A stretch of 60,365 nt of DNA, the filler included, from Sphacelaria rigidula (lineage: Eukaryota): assembly GCA_964200075.2 (NCBI GenBank). It is 9 parts of 9 records of this genome, joined end to end, with 100 filler letters (N's around TTAATTAATTAA, not from the genome) between each part and the next. Parts side by side here need not be neighbours in the genome. Positions count along the whole stretch, not along the records: positions 26,876 to 33,493 come from CAXNAA020019024.1; positions 33,594 to 40,211 come from CAXNAA020019025.1; 7 more parts are not named here. One strand, written 5' to 3'. The notes under the pieces are model-generated. The model made no database searches. It had not been told where the DNA came from and saw only the letters and a list, made by a program, of their open reading frames with translations. Positions 27,026 to 39,969 of the stretch are shown here, one piece after another. Positions within the stretch are counted from its first letter, which is position 1. Each line of letters begins with the position of its first letter. A program made the translations under genes and the position numbers.

Positions 27026-27065
27026 TACCTCTCCCTCTCCCTCTCCCTCTCCCTCTCCCTCTCTA
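26925..27065. repeat. (CT)-rich microsatellite
   Basis: direct. Confidence 0.95.
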
Positions 27066-27201
27066 GACCTTCTCGACCAGCGGTCGACTCTTTTCTCTCT
27101 TCTGAGCAGTTAGGCCTAAAAAATCCTGGATTTGGAGATTCAAACCGATGATGATTCGTCCGAACCTGGTTTCAGTTGACTACTAGCCCCCCCCCACCCC
27201 A

Positions 27202-27270
27202 CTTCGTCCCGGCATTGTAGGGATGCGAGGTCAATGGTCTTATGACTATGGCATGCATGTCATGAGTACA
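27202..27270 (+). mobile_element. 5'-truncated LINE 3' end with 10-bp TSD
   Basis: ends ...catgagtaca; flanked by ccccacccca at 27192-27201 and 27271-27280. Confidence 0.65.
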
Positions 27271-27448
27271 CCCCACCCCACCCCCCGCCCCTCCATTCCT
27301 CGTGCTCACTGTGCTACTCCTCAACTTCAACTTTTCGTTCAACGGGGAAGAAGATAATACTTGTTGTTGCCGATGCCCCAGGAATCGAACATTGTTTGAC
27401 CCGTGGGCGTGCCGGCCCTTTGCCCCCCCCCGCGCCCCGCGTGTCCAG

Positions 27449-27549
27449 GTGGCTGAGGCTGTGGCGAGAGAGCGCCGATTCCGCGTGTTCATTCATCCGG
27501 TCATTGCCGTCCTGGACGAGACTCGCTCCATAGTCAAGGCGTACAATCG
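27449..27549 (+). CDS. Penultimate exon of SGNH/GDSL-like hydrolase
   Basis: cag acceptor, gtgagc donor; VAEAVARERRFRVFIHPVIAVLDETRSIVKAYN(R), phase 2. Confidence 0.75.
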
Positions 27550-28476
27550 GTGAGCGATTGGTTCAGGTTACTGGTGGTGGTTTTTCTGCTGCTCCATCTG
27601 ACTGACCCCACTCAGCTCCAACCGCTGACGAGATTGTGTCGTTGGACTTGTTTTGGCCTAAAGATGATGACACCCCGTATGGTTATGGCAAAAGGATAAT
27701 GGAAGGTGATCGAAAATCACGCACGCCTGGCCGTACTATGTACCATACTCCCTGTACCGATGCTTTTTGGTCCGTCCGGTTCCTTGACTGTAGTCTTCCA
27801 AGTCGGAGCCGACGATGTCTGTCTCGGGCCTTAGTTGATGTGAGGGCGAACTTAAGCAAACACGTGCAAACTTGAATATCACTCCGTAGCTAGCTGTAGG
27901 CGGCTTCACCTCAGTTTGGCGCCACGCTGACCCTAACCCCAACCCAACCCAACTCAAGGGAGAGCGAGAACCCTCAGGCAAGGGGAGTACGTAAGGTTTC
28001 CTCGGCAATGTGTGATTTGAGCTAAGAGACTTGCTGCGCGCACGCTGGGCGGGCGCTTGGGGGGTCGTGAGCCCTGTAAAGATGTGAATGTGGTCTTGAC
28101 GAAAAGCCAAGTATACACTCCACCATCGCTTAATGGTGCAGAACTGGGGTGGACTCTAGTGGCTAGCTGTGGCTGAGGCTGTGGACCGTGTGAGACCTTA
28201 TCGTGACAACGGTCCGATTTGACCAATAGGCTTAACTCTGTACGCACAGCGCAGTTAAATGAAGCGGATTCCGAGAAAGTTTTCACAATGACAACGTGCA
28301 CCCCCCCGCCTGTCTCATCTAGGCTGTGTAGCGTGTCTGCTGATTTGTCGTGGAGTACTGTATGCGGGAAGTTCTTTTGCTGACGGCCATTTCTACGGTA
28401 GTGGCAAGTATTTTTTTATGATTCATGTTGAATCTCGTCAGGTGTGAGAGCCAAACTTTACCCTACGGTGGATTAA

Positions 28477-28945
28477 CCCTTTTGGAACTCACAATGGAAA
28501 ATTGATCATTCGCAATTGACGGTTTTTGAGCAAGGTATGGTTGATGGTTTACAGGTCAGACACAACAGCATCCACCCAATGCAATTTTTCAGACCCTTGC
28601 GAGTGACAAGTGGAACTAAAGAAGGTTTCCTATCTACCAATGTGCCGTACCAGACCCTGGAACCCATTGCTGTTTTTTTAATGGAATGTTTTATAGTGTT
28701 TTTGCTAATTATTGTTGATGGATACAATTGGACACACTTCATCCGTTGTGTGGTATGATTGGACAAACCTCACCCGACCTCTCCAGGGAGGACAATTTCC
28801 CTGCCCCCGTCGCGTGTGCTACTGGATTTTCCTTGCGGTGTTGAATTATAAAATGGCTGCCTTTTCTGCTCCCATCTTCTCTTTGTCAGGGCTTCTCATA
28901 ATGAGGCATTTGCCCCGGGGACAGGAGGGGAGGATTCCAAAAGGG
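28477..28945. mobile_element. piggyBac-type MITE (469 bp), intronic
   Basis: TTAA on both sides; perfect 11-bp TIR cccttttggaa / ttccaaaaggg. Confidence 0.85.
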
Positions 28946-29466
28946 TTAACGTCGGCGGGCACGGATGAACTTGTGTCAAATGTCAACTATCCGTTCACTG
29001 GAGCTGTCCACACAGACGGTACAAACCGATTCGCCCACGACCAATCCTGTATTCGAACAGCGTGATAATTTGTGCTGATAAAATAAGCAACGAAACATAC
29101 ACCACGGCACTCACATTTGGGGGTTGTACGTGTGTAATGACAGCGTGCTGGGTAAGACGTCCGCCTCTGGTGACTGATATTTGACAGTTGCATCCAACAT
29201 TTGCACCCCTTGGGATCTTTTGGGGTAAACAAATGGGAAAACTTTTGGCTCCGCTTTTGACGATCTCCCACGTTTGGCGAGATTTGCACAAAACACTACC
29301 CACTAAAAAATGGTCCTTGATGCTGTGAAGTCGCCAATTACGCTCATTCCTCGCGTCGTGTTCCACTCACTCCATGTTGTGAAGCTGCATGCGCCATCAT
29401 CTTGCATTAGATATGCCCCCTATCTATCCCTGGGCCCCGTCCCTCACCCGCTTGCGAATCCCTCAG

Positions 29467-29650
29467 TGTCTTCCGGCGCATGGTGGACAAGTCTAGAGTG
29501 CTCAAGTGGTTGGATTTCTTCGACGACCTGTTGGACGAGACAGGAACCAAGCTGCTACCCGAGTTCCGTCTAGACGGTACCCATCTGGCGCCGAGTTATC
29601 TGCGCCTTGTGGGGAGAGCACTGGGCGACGTCTGGGTCGATCGTAAATGA
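29467..29650 (+). CDS. Terminal exon of SGNH/GDSL-like hydrolase
   Basis: cag acceptor, phase matches previous exon; VFRRMVDKSRVLKWLDFFDDLLDETGTKLLPEFRLDGTHLAPSYLRLVGRALGDVWVDRK* with block-V DxxH motif (DGTH). Confidence 0.75.
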
Positions 29651-29727
29651 GTTTCTTCATTGTCAAACAAAAATTGTATTTTACTATCGATTTCGATGTG
29701 TCATTCTTCGTACCTCCATGTATAAAT

Positions 29728-29865
29728 CACACCCTGGGCAATAGAATATATTGTTAAAAAGTGTAGTGCGTACAGTATGAAATCTACTGTCTATTGCAAT
29801 AGGCGCAATAGTCGATACTGTACGCAGTACACTTTTTGACAATATATTCCATTGTCCAGGGTATG
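29728..29865. mobile_element. hAT-type fold-back MITE (138 bp)
   Basis: ~50-bp inverted arms, CA...TG ends, 8-bp TSD gtataaat (29720-29727, 29866-29873). Confidence 0.8.
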
Positions 29866-31163
29866 GTATAAATGCGAGGCAGACAGAAATACGCATCAGG
29901 GCACATGGCGGTTGCGCTGTTTTGGTTCTGCCTCGAATTACGTTTTGCTTGGCCCTTTTTTTGCACTTTTGTTATTTTGGCATCCACCTTGATTCTACAA
30001 GGTGTGAGGGAGCACTGCGCTGCGCTAGGGTATATCGAGAATGCGATTTGGTCTGTGAACGGAAGCTGTTGGGATGGGAGCGAGGATAGATCGAATGAAA
30101 TATCTCCGTACCTGACACGGCAATATTCGTACTCTTCCAAGACGAGTTCATGTAGACGCCGTGACAATATGGACTACCAACCATGGACAACAGTAGAATA
30201 GAAGGGAAAGAAAAGGTGCCTGCAGTTTTCTGATTGACCAATTTTCTTTATAGGAAATTTCTGGGTTGTCGAAAAATCCCTGATCGACCGGTGACGTCAT
30301 TCACGTTCGTGTGGCTACTAGGTACCCGATATTGTGCACCAACAACTGTTTTATGCCCCACTCCATCACGCTCATGTTGTAGCCATTGATTCAGTACCTA
30401 GTAGCACCCGTGGCCGATGGTACATGAAGCGCTGGACTGAATGCTTTTGACAAAAACGATATTTATTTGTGTTTCGTCCATTGTTGTCGCACTGCGTTGT
30501 CGAAACGCAAACGGTGTGTGTTGAAGGCACGGCATAGCAAGTACACGAAGAGAACGAAGGCGTGGTTGATACCGTGGCAAACCTGGAAGATTGAAGCTAT
30601 CCGAGCACGTACGTGTCATGGTTCGAGAGTTGTTGCCAGGGTTGAGCCGAGTGTCCAGAAATAGCACCGCAACACATGTTCACGCTTGTGGCGCGGTGTA
30701 GAACAAAGCTCGCGTAATCAGCCGCCTACTGATCGTCGTAGTTTTCGAAACCTCGCAGCCGTGCGCGACCCGCGTTCGTTTTCACCCTTCAAACGCCCAT
30801 GGTTTCTGTTTCGTTTTCACCCTTCAAACGCCCACGGAACGCATGACCACACAAGTAATGCTGGCCCTATCACCGCTGCCATTTCGCTGTGCTGAGACGA
30901 CTATGCCGCTGGCCGTGGCTTATGCACGAAAGACTACTAGATGTACGAAGACGCGCAGTATATACATGGCGATGGTGACCTTTCCCTTACGCGAGCTGAT
31001 CACGCACCAAAAGCAAGAGTTACACGTCTATTTTGAAACTTCTCGGAAAACTACGTCTATTTTGCGTCCAACTTTAGGGATCCGGGGCTCAAAGTGTTAC
31101 ATTCATCTTGAAGTGGAGGGATCTGGCTGCTGCAGCTGCGTCAGACGATCGTACAGAGTCTAA

Positions 31164-31525
31164 CCCTTAGACCGCGAGCGTATTCTATCCGGGAGTCATC
31201 CCGCGATAGGGGGGGGGGTATTGTGCACCACTTCTTGAACTCGGAATTCCAAGGCAAATCGTCATTGAAAGCAGTAACGGTTGTTCGAACGAGCTTGCTA
31301 CAGATAAATAACGCTCATTGATACTGCTTTACACCATTTTTTTCCCAATACAAGCGCACCGCGAGTGTGGCAAGCCGTCTTGTCACACCTATGAGCCTCT
31401 TCTTTCGTACAATCAAATGACCCCCCCCCCCCCCCCCTATCGTACGATGACTCCCGGATAACGCATATTTTTTCAAGTGAAGTTGATACCGATTTAACAG
31501 ATGCCCTACTCTTGCCGCCGAAGGG
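31164..31525. mobile_element. Longer piggyBac-type element related to the 102-bp MITE
   Basis: ctaa-cccttagaccgcga ... caagtgaagttgataccgatt...aaggg-ttaa. Confidence 0.6.
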
Positions 31526-31789
31526 TTAACATCCCTTATTTCTTTCTGAATGAAAGGCTAGACACTGTGCCGCTCTTGTTCGTGTGGTATTTTCCCGTGG
31601 ACCGCATCGCTTGCTGAAGCATCATCTGAAGGTTGATCCTTTTTTTTGTCGCATTTTGAACCCCTCCCATTCCCTGGGATGAGTCCGTGGTCACACGGGG
31701 TCAAGACATCTCTGCCCAGGTACACGCCTTGCATTTTCGTCTCGCGGGTTCCGTCGGCACTCCCGCACCGCGTCAACTCGCGTCAAACT

Positions 31790-31939
31790 CACTCAGTCGA
31801 CTAGTTCGTTTATTCACGTTCTCACGCTTTCCACGGTGAAAATCAGACATTACTAAAAAAAACAATGCATCGGGAATCGAACCCTTTTCCTCTCCACTCT
31901 AACGGCGACAGTCAGACCACTACACCACCGGGGCGCGGC
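31790..31939 (-). mobile_element. tRNA-derived SINE (family S1)
   Basis: A-box tggtgtagtgg and B-box gggttcgattccc on the minus strand. Confidence 0.7.
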
Positions 31940-31964
31940 AGCTCACTGTAACCTTATTAAAGAG

Positions 31965-32250
31965 CAGTGCTACGATAGGGGTCGCACTTTTTGTTTCTGG
32001 GCCTCGTTTTTGTAGGAGCCCAAATATATGGGGCTTACTGTGCAACCCAAATCTCCGGGGACAGGACATGGGAATGCACACAGGGGCCTTGTTGTGAATC
32101 GGCACCATTTTCAGTCTTTTCCAAGTGAAAATGATGTCGATTCTCAAAAAGATCCCAGCAACACCCCGAGGAACATTTTCGCTTAAAAAGTGCAACCCTA
32201 CCGTAGCATCACTCCAAAGGTATACACTGCCCATGGCAACGGTGCCAGAA
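31965..32250. repeat. Dispersed ~280-bp repeat (family G)
   Basis: homologous to 60095-60365. Confidence 0.75.
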
Positions 32251-33294
32251 TTTCCGGAAGATATTCCCCGAGTGATTCAAATCCTGCGACAGCTTAGTTC
32301 ACTTGAGGGCAGGTGTCACCCTCCCCCCCTGTGAAGTGCTGAGTAGCGTGGGGTGCACGGGGTGCGGTAGTTGACATATAGGGCTCCTTGGAAAGGCACT
32401 CATCCGCGATGGATCTGGCGGCAGAGGAAAATGGGCTGTAGATTTGTAGAGCAGGACGCTCGTTGTTGTCTCCACATTCAAAGCCGTTCCGATGTCTGCT
32501 GCGCAGTACACAGTACCTCTAATTCCGTGCTGGACATCTGATGCGGACGCCTGCGGTGGTCACAGGCTAAGTACTACCCAAAATAAGATATGATGTAATT
32601 TATAGTATGATTGCTATATCCGCGGGTGGTTGGTGTTTGGTTGGGGTCTGGGGATTCGGCGTATTTGTTTTACAAGGGGAAGACGATATAAAAATTAAAA
32701 CACGGCCCAGAAAATCAGCACAGACGCGATACAAACAAAAGAAATACTGTCAACCTCATCAGTTCCGGTGCCGCCCGCGACCACTCGGACTACTGGGGGT
32801 GGAGCTTAATGTTCTCACCCGACACGCGAAGCCAAATAGAAACAGGGCCAAAGTCAAGAACCAAAGAACAACCACAGCAATAATAGGCACACAGCTTCAT
32901 CCGTAAAACTCTACTACTAGGCCGGAGTCAGACTACATATTCCCGCCGGGGTTACCTCGTTCACCATGTCCTTTTCCCACCCATGTCTACACACGCCTGG
33001 GGGATCTCACCAAAACCATGGTACACACGCTACTTGTAACTTCAATCCTAAAACCCATGGCACGGTATCCAACAATCTCATCAGGCTGGAATATTCCATA
33101 TCGGATTTCGCCCGCCAGGTGCACCCCGTACGCATACATTTGAGGGACAGCCGTATGTACGAGTATATACGAGGCATGTGAAGAAAAGCACCAGGACATA
33201 GATTATAACACATGGCATCGGGGAGGGGTACAAAAAGAGAAACAAGGAATTAGCTCAACAAGGAAGGCATGGGGAGGGGGGGAGGGGTACTCAT

Positions 33295-33493
33295 TGTAAT
33301 GCGTGAGAGGACCGCGTGCTTAGAGGACCGCGTCGGAATTTGAACATCACCACGGTTAGGGTTAGGGTTAGGGTTGGTGTTGGGGTTATGGTCAGGGGCG
33401 TGGTACCTGCAGGGACTGGCCCGATTGGTTTCTAAAAACATCAATCCTGAGGTGTTTTGAACTACGGCGCGGTCCTCTAAGCACGCGGTCCTC
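33295..33493. mobile_element. TTAGGG-bearing TIR element, cut by contig end
   Basis: tgtaatgcgtgagaggaccgcg start, ggttagggttagggttaggg core, partial right TIR. Confidence 0.8.
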
Positions 33494-33725
33494 NNNNNNN
33501 NNNNNNNNNNNNNNNNNNNNNNNNNNNNNNNNNNNNNTTAATTAATTAANNNNNNNNNNNNNNNNNNNNNNNNNNNNNNNNNNNNNNNNNNNNTGATGCA
33601 CCCACATACACCGAAAGATGTAAACTGGTGCCCAGAATAAATGGGACGACAACACAACACAACACAATGTCTGCATATAAATATATATATAGATGTGTGT
33701 GTGTAGGATTAGCTTTGTTACTCAC

Positions 33726-33780
33726 CAGGAGTGTTCATGACCGTGGTGCGGTACCGGCCGAGCACGAAGGAGAAGAGACC
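33726..33780 (-). CDS. Multi-pass membrane protein, exon 4
   Basis: cag acceptor, gtgagt donor; GLFSFVLGRYRTTVMNTP. Confidence 0.75.
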
Positions 33781-34090
33781 CTGGATAGAGGATGGCGAGA
33801 TGACAAGAAGGCACGAACAGAAACAGAAAAAGAGAAGAGAGTGAAAATTGTTGGATCAACATGCCTACTGGAGGGGGGGGGGGAGACCGATACATGAAAC
33901 CAATTTCCAATCAAGTCTCGAAAAAAAATCGATGTCCTCGCGGCATTTTTTCTCCCTCAACTTCAAAATACAAATCCGTCGGAATTTACATACCGTCTTG
34001 TTGCCTCAAGACCGAAGCACCCGCATATCAAGAGACCCCAACATCCATAGTCAAAGTGTCGACTGGTATCACACGATGCTGTGCACTCAC

Positions 34091-34264
34091 GTAGAGGAGG
34101 AAGAGGAAAAACGCAAAGACCGCCATTGCCCTGTCGTTGCTGGAGAGTCCAGAGGTGTCCGCGTATTCCGCCAAAGCCAAGAACACCGCGAACAGTACGA
34201 ACATGAACTGAGACATCATCGTCGTCATCCCCAGGAGGGTCCCGACGGCCAGAGGTGTGTGGTA
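34091..34264 (-). CDS. Multi-pass membrane protein, exon 3
   Basis: cag/gtgagt, 174 nt; YHTPLAVGTLLGMTTMMSQFMFVLFAVFLALAEYADTSGLSSNDRAMAVFAFFLFLLY. Confidence 0.85.
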
Positions 34265-34304
34265 CTGGTGATGAAAATAATGGTAGTTGTGGTGGTGACA
34301 GTAT

Positions 34305-34347
<43 letters not shown>

Positions 34348-34550
34348 TAGTAGTAGTAGTAGTAGTAGCGGCAGTAGAAGTAGTAGTAGTAGTAGAGGTA
34401 GTGGTGGTGGTAGTAGTAGTTAGTAGTGTGGTAGCAGTAGTAGCAGCAGCAGCAGCAGGGGTGGTGATAGTGGTGGTGATGGAAACAGTGATGGGCGTGG
34501 TAGTAGTGGTAGCGGTGGTGATGGTGGTGGTGGTGGTAGCAGTGGTGGTT
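34305..34550. repeat. (TAG/TGG)n microsatellite
   Basis: direct. Confidence 0.95.
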
Positions 34551-35930
34551 ATGCCACGATCCGATCGTTGTTAACGAATCAGCGGCGTGAACAAGTCGCG
34601 ATGCAAAGGTTGTTGACGCATGAGCGGCGTGGAATCGTCATGATGCAAATATTGACAGCGGTGACGGTGCCGCGGAGCAGAGCAGGCGTTCCCGTGCATC
34701 AAACAGCATTCCGAGTCGATCGTAGCCAAACAAAAACAGACACGCAACGGACACGGGGATCAGAACCCAAAAAATAAACACGAACGATAGTCCGACTCAG
34801 AGAGAGCCAGAGTACGGGTGGCGAGGATCGACCGTCCAAAATTCCACCGATCGTGCACGTGCGCACATGCACTTCACTCTTTTCAATTCCTTCGTTTCTT
34901 CCCCACGCCTGGCGCTAATCCCCTCGAAAAAAAGACACGATCGTTGCTCCACCTACGGTACCTTTATGTAACAACCCCCTCCACCACAAACCAACGGTAT
35001 TCCTTCTTCTTCAACGTGTGTAGGGGGTTCATCAGCTACGAAAAATAGTCAACATTATCTCGTTTTCCATGTCTCAACTCGTATTTGTGCTGCCTCTCCT
35101 CACCCCCTCACGAGGTTTACTTTCAAAACTCTTAACATGGCCCCAACTTGTAAACCGGAAGCCAGCAGTCAACCACACCACAAGGATCACAAACACAGAC
35201 CTACTACGCTCATGATAAACAGAAGTCAACGACATATCATTCGTAGTACTTACCGCCGAAAACACAAAAACGGCAAATCTAGCCAAGGAGCGCTTAGATT
35301 TTCGTGATACCTCCGGGGCGATGACTAAACCCTAGACCCGGAGATTTCGTCTCGAAATAATATTATAACCGACAGTCCCGCTCAAATCTCCTCGTCCGGG
35401 TGTTGCTATTTCTTTCCATCACCATTTGGGCACGGTCGGATGATAATGTTTAAATGATCACCATGCTTTTTGGGTGCAGAAATGTTGGTTAACAAGAGGG
35501 GGGTCGACGGCGATGACGTCCACCCGGACAGGACCTACTGCTGCGAACAAGCGGGTGCTCTCTTTGCGCACTCGAATACGTCAATGATCGCCGGGTAAAA
35601 GGTAAAAAACACGGCTTGATCGCAAGATTGGTATAGGTGGGCACTTCGTACAGCAATATAACCGAACCCCAACTCGTGACAAGAAAATTTTTCCAGGGTG
35701 CACAACTGCTCCGCTGGCCCCTCACGTATCTCGCAGTGAACAGGGATTTGGACTGCTGGAAAAACTCTATTTTTCGGGCCCGCAAAAACAGCAGTACCCT
35801 GGGTTTTGACCGGCACATGCTTTCTCCGCTGAGCCTCACCAACTTCTCAGGGGACAGGCGTTTTGTCTGCCGCAAGAAACGTACTTTCAAATCCAAATAA
35901 AAGCGGTCACTGACGGGCCCCCTGCGAGAA

Positions 35931-36100
35931 GGGAGGGGGAGGAGGCGTACTCATGATCATGCATGCCTTATTCGTCTGACCATTGACCACGCATCCCTCT
36001 CGGGACGGAGAGGGGGGTGTACTCACTCATTGATTGCCTGATTCGTCTGACCACTGACCACGCATCCCTCTCGAGACGGAGCAAATGCTTGGAGGGGGGT
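35931..36100 (-). mobile_element. Two tandem LINE 3'-end fragments in G tracts
   Basis: second copy flanked by gaggggggt at 36010-36018 and 36092-36100. Confidence 0.65.
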
Positions 36101-36166
36101 GGGAAGGGTGAATACGTCCATCTTTTGTGTTTCATCACTGCCAGCTGCTGGGTATGCACGGCTCAC

Positions 36167-36319
36167 CTTCCTCAGAATAATGGTTCCCGTAACCGACACT
36201 GCCACCACCATGAACAACGTCCACACGGACGCAAAGGACGCGGCATGAGACCCGCTCGCCGAAGAGTCGTTGTTCGAGGCCGTCACGATTGCCACCAGGC
36301 AGTCCACCGCCGCAAAAAG
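36167..36319 (-). CDS. Multi-pass membrane protein, exon 2
   Basis: cag/gtgagc, 153 nt; LFAAVDCLVAIVTASNNDSSASGSHAASFASVWTLFMVVAVSVTGTIILRK. Confidence 0.85.
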
Positions 36320-36975
36320 CTGGCCAGACCGGACGAGAGAAATAAAACAAAAAAATCAAAGGGGAAGACAAGTAGAACAATAACAGCAACAACAAAACGG
36401 TAACAGATACACGCCTCCTGTTCCTTCCAATTGATCATCCCTTCGACCGCCCGGTCTTACGCGTGCACTATAACCCTCGACCCCTCCATTTATTTTCCTG
36501 AATATACGTTTATATCTCGCACGCCGACTCTCACCTGTCGCCCACTGGTTGAACCATGTGACAAGAGCTAACGAGTAACAAATGCTCTTGATGGAACAAT
36601 GTGCGGTACTTCTACACATGAGTCCGTAACCGAACACATCCTGCTGGCTCATTGAGTGTGGTGCTCACAATACAAGAGGGAGCGCCGCCCAGCTACAGCG
36701 GCGGTGAGAGGAGAGGTTACCGGGAGCAAACGTTGAGCCGGTCTTCTAGCTCCCAAACAAAACCCAATTTACCAAAATGGTTCTCGAGAAGGTAACAAAA
36801 AAGAGCGCTTCCATCGCCTCAAGGGGTGCATGCATCAGTATCATCACGAGCATCGCCCCCTTCCCCCCCCCCCTCCATTCCGTCCCCGACACACGTGCCA
36901 CTCCTGCTCAACCCTCAACGCATTCCACTCCAGAACATGAAAACCTATGTGTGCACAACGTGTGTATCCACTCAC

Positions 36976-37077
36976 CAGGACGAGGTACCAAGAGTACGAC
37001 ACGACTTTGGACGGATTTCGGTCCGCGTGGTCTACCGCTGCCCGGAAGCTCTCCACGGGATCCTGGTTGTTGTGCAT
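36976..37077 (-). CDS. Multi-pass membrane protein, probable first coding exon
   Basis: ATG 37077, gtgagt donor; MHNNQDPVESFRAAVDHADRNPSKVVSYSWYLVL; all four exons join in frame. Confidence 0.7.
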
Positions 37078-37916
37078 CTTTTTTGCCGGATGTTGGAGCT
37101 ACAGGCTGAAACTCTGCACAATCACCAAAAAAGGGGAAGGGTCGGGGTGCATGCGTGCGTGTGTGTGTGTGTGTGTGTCCATGTTCACTTCATGATTGTC
37201 CGTCGGCTGTGGTCTCAGAAGATAAGGCGTTCACCGCAGAGTGAACAAGCAAAATTCTCAAACAAGGGGGGATTCGATTAACAAGTGGGGGGAGTGTACC
37301 AAATTGGGCAAATCGACAACAGAAAACACGATAAGAAAAAAGGACAGGAGGGGAAAGGAGAGCAATGTTGTTGCCACGGGTCGAAGCACGCTGGTTTCAA
37401 TCACCAAATTTACGCTTTTTGACAAACATCACACGTCGGACAGCTCATGAACTACCTAAATATTACTTCTTATTAGTGTACTGATCCGGATCACGACCTA
37501 GCTCATGTGATCGTTTTTTCCACATTTTCTCCCTACAGCGCTGGACACCGAGCACGCGGAGAAGCGCAAAGGTAGCGCTTTGGCTTCTCGGGCCGTGCTG
37601 TCACGTAATTTGTGTTTTTGGATGAGCAATCTAAGAGTCCCCTTCGATTTGTTATTTTCGGTAGCTCATGAGCTATCCGACGTGTGTTAGTGTTTACTCT
37701 GTGTTCTATGAGAACCTTCCCAGAATTTTATTACTTGATGTGAGTATAAGCATCGATATTCGGGTTTTTGGGGCCTTTCTTACCGAAGAGGATAATCCCC
37801 GTTTCCAAAATCCCTTTTTTGAACAACGACCGCTGATTGGTCGCTGCGATATCACCCCTCCCCCGAAAAATCCCCTCAACATGCACAGAAATCTCCGTCG
37901 AAGAAAGGATGTCAGT

Positions 37917-38285
37917 TGACGTCAAGCTGTCAAGCTGTCAAGCCTGTCTGTCAAGGCGTTTGGCGTCGTCAAGACAAAACATCCCCTGTCCCCGGGGTAA
38001 GTAACGCTTACCCATCTCTGCAGAAACACTTCTTATTCCTTTCACATAGCTAGGCCTGAGTCCTTTGTGCCGGCATAATTTTTAGCATAATTCGTACTTT
38101 TTGCCCGAATTAGCATACGAGCATAATGGCAGCATGATCAGGGCTGAGCTAGCAAAATCCTCCGTTAAGCGGCGTAATTCGGTAGCGTTTCGGGTTTCAG
38201 CTATATGGTTAGGCGTTACGCTGTCAAGGCTGTCAAGACAGGCAATTGGTGCTTGACAGTCTGTCACGGGTTTCAAACCCTGTCA
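37917..38285. promoter_or_regulatory. Cluster of TGACAG/TGACGTCA motifs (function unproven)
   Basis: 8 TGACAG/CTGTCA plus one TGACGTCA in ~370 bp upstream of the membrane-protein gene. Confidence 0.35.
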
Positions 38286-38936
38286 GCCGACATCCTTACT
38301 TAGACGAACATATGTCCCGTTGGCAGGAGCACATGCAAAGGCTTACCACACAACCCCCCGCAATCACAGCTGAACCTGAGGAACTTGGTGACCCCGCAAG
38401 CTAAAAACACACTGTTGAGCCGTAGCTGATCATCAGCTGTGCACGTTGTGCGTGACCTTGCTCAAATGTGTTCATAACTCGTTGAGAAATGATGATTTGT
38501 GTGAGACACGCGCACAGCACACGCTCACGACACGTCAGCAAGGACACGTTTTCGGTTGTTTTTGACACGCACGCGGCCGCCATTCGTCCAATACAGCATG
38601 GATTTCCACCAAAGACTGCCATGTGTAGATTAGCAAGTGCTGGCAGTGAAACTAATGAACGTGAGTGGTGGGTGTCTGTGCGTGTTTTTTCAGGGCTGGG
38701 TGTGTAGGTATTCTGTTGCCTTGTTGCATTTTGTTATGCAGCATTACACAGACATGGACCTTGGACCTGCTTGTACTAGCGACCACCTCCAGACCCGCCG
38801 CATTTCTGAACCTGCGTGCAGATATTGGGTTCCAATCTGTACAAAACTGCTTGTCGATAGAACTGGGGACTAGCCGTTGTGGAGCCAATCCCTGTCAAAA
38901 GGGAACTGTGAAAAAGGGGATGATCCCCTTCGTTAA

Positions 38937-39969
38937 CCTTTTGGGACCGGGCCTCCAGAACGACCAATGAGACTGCTTAGGAATGACGTGCTTGGCGTCT
39001 GCAGGAAACAGACAGTGGCGTGTTGCTGGAAATCCGCGGATGTAACTGCAGGGTTATGACGAACACCGAAAGTTTCATAGAATATTTTTTCAGGTGCAGG
39101 GTGCGCGATAGGTAGTGTACATCTGATGTGGCAAGCAGTATGGGCCGCCGTGGAGAGCTACAGGATGCGGCGAACGGCGGGCCGCCCGCCACTTGTGGCT
39201 TTGGATTATACGATTGTCCCCCATCACCTTGCCACACAGCCCTTTGTGGTCGGGGTGGGCCGTCATTTCCCCCTTTGTTGCATTCGGCAAATGCTCTCCG
39301 AAGAATATCAGCGTTGCGACGCGCATGCATACAGTATAGTACAGTACAGTGCAGTACGCCTCCTCGATCGCCGTCGAAGCTGCAGCAGCATACTCCCTGA
39401 CACGTTCTGGGCAGTTTTCAGCTACCGAGATCAACTGCCTGTATACAGCTTCTGCATGCCTGCCCACTATATACTTGTTGACTGCACACTGCAAGTCATC
39501 GGCAGAGGGATAAGCAGAACTCATGATGGTAGCTCTTTGTGTCTTTCCACGTCCCACCTGGGTTTAGTGCCTCATGAAAATGACCACATAGTCGCATATA
39601 CACTCCTTCCCGTTTTATTCTGCTCCACGTTGTGTCAGCGTATTTACTACGTTTTAGTACAGAATTGTGACCCAAAAAACACTTGGGAATAACTCGGGGG
39701 CGCTACACTGAGTGCAAGTAATAAAATAAAACCAAGTTCCGACCGCCCTGCACATGGAAACCTGGGAGGGCTCATCTGGGCCAGGGATAGGGTCTCCACA
39801 CGACCTTTGCAGTGGCATCACACTCGCCAACAATCCCCAAGCTGATCGTTCGGGTGTGGTCGATGAATTTCGCCTCGCCGTGATTGGGCGGGTCGCTGGA
39901 AGACTTTTTCTTATTATTCTACAAACACAGGGTCAACCCTATGTTGATGGGGGTCCGGTCCCAAAAGGG
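38937..39969. mobile_element. piggyBac-type non-autonomous element (~1.03 kb)
   Basis: TTAA 38933-38936 and TCAA 39970-39973; TIR ccttttgggaccgg / ccggtcccaaaaggg; decayed internal ORFs. Confidence 0.7.
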
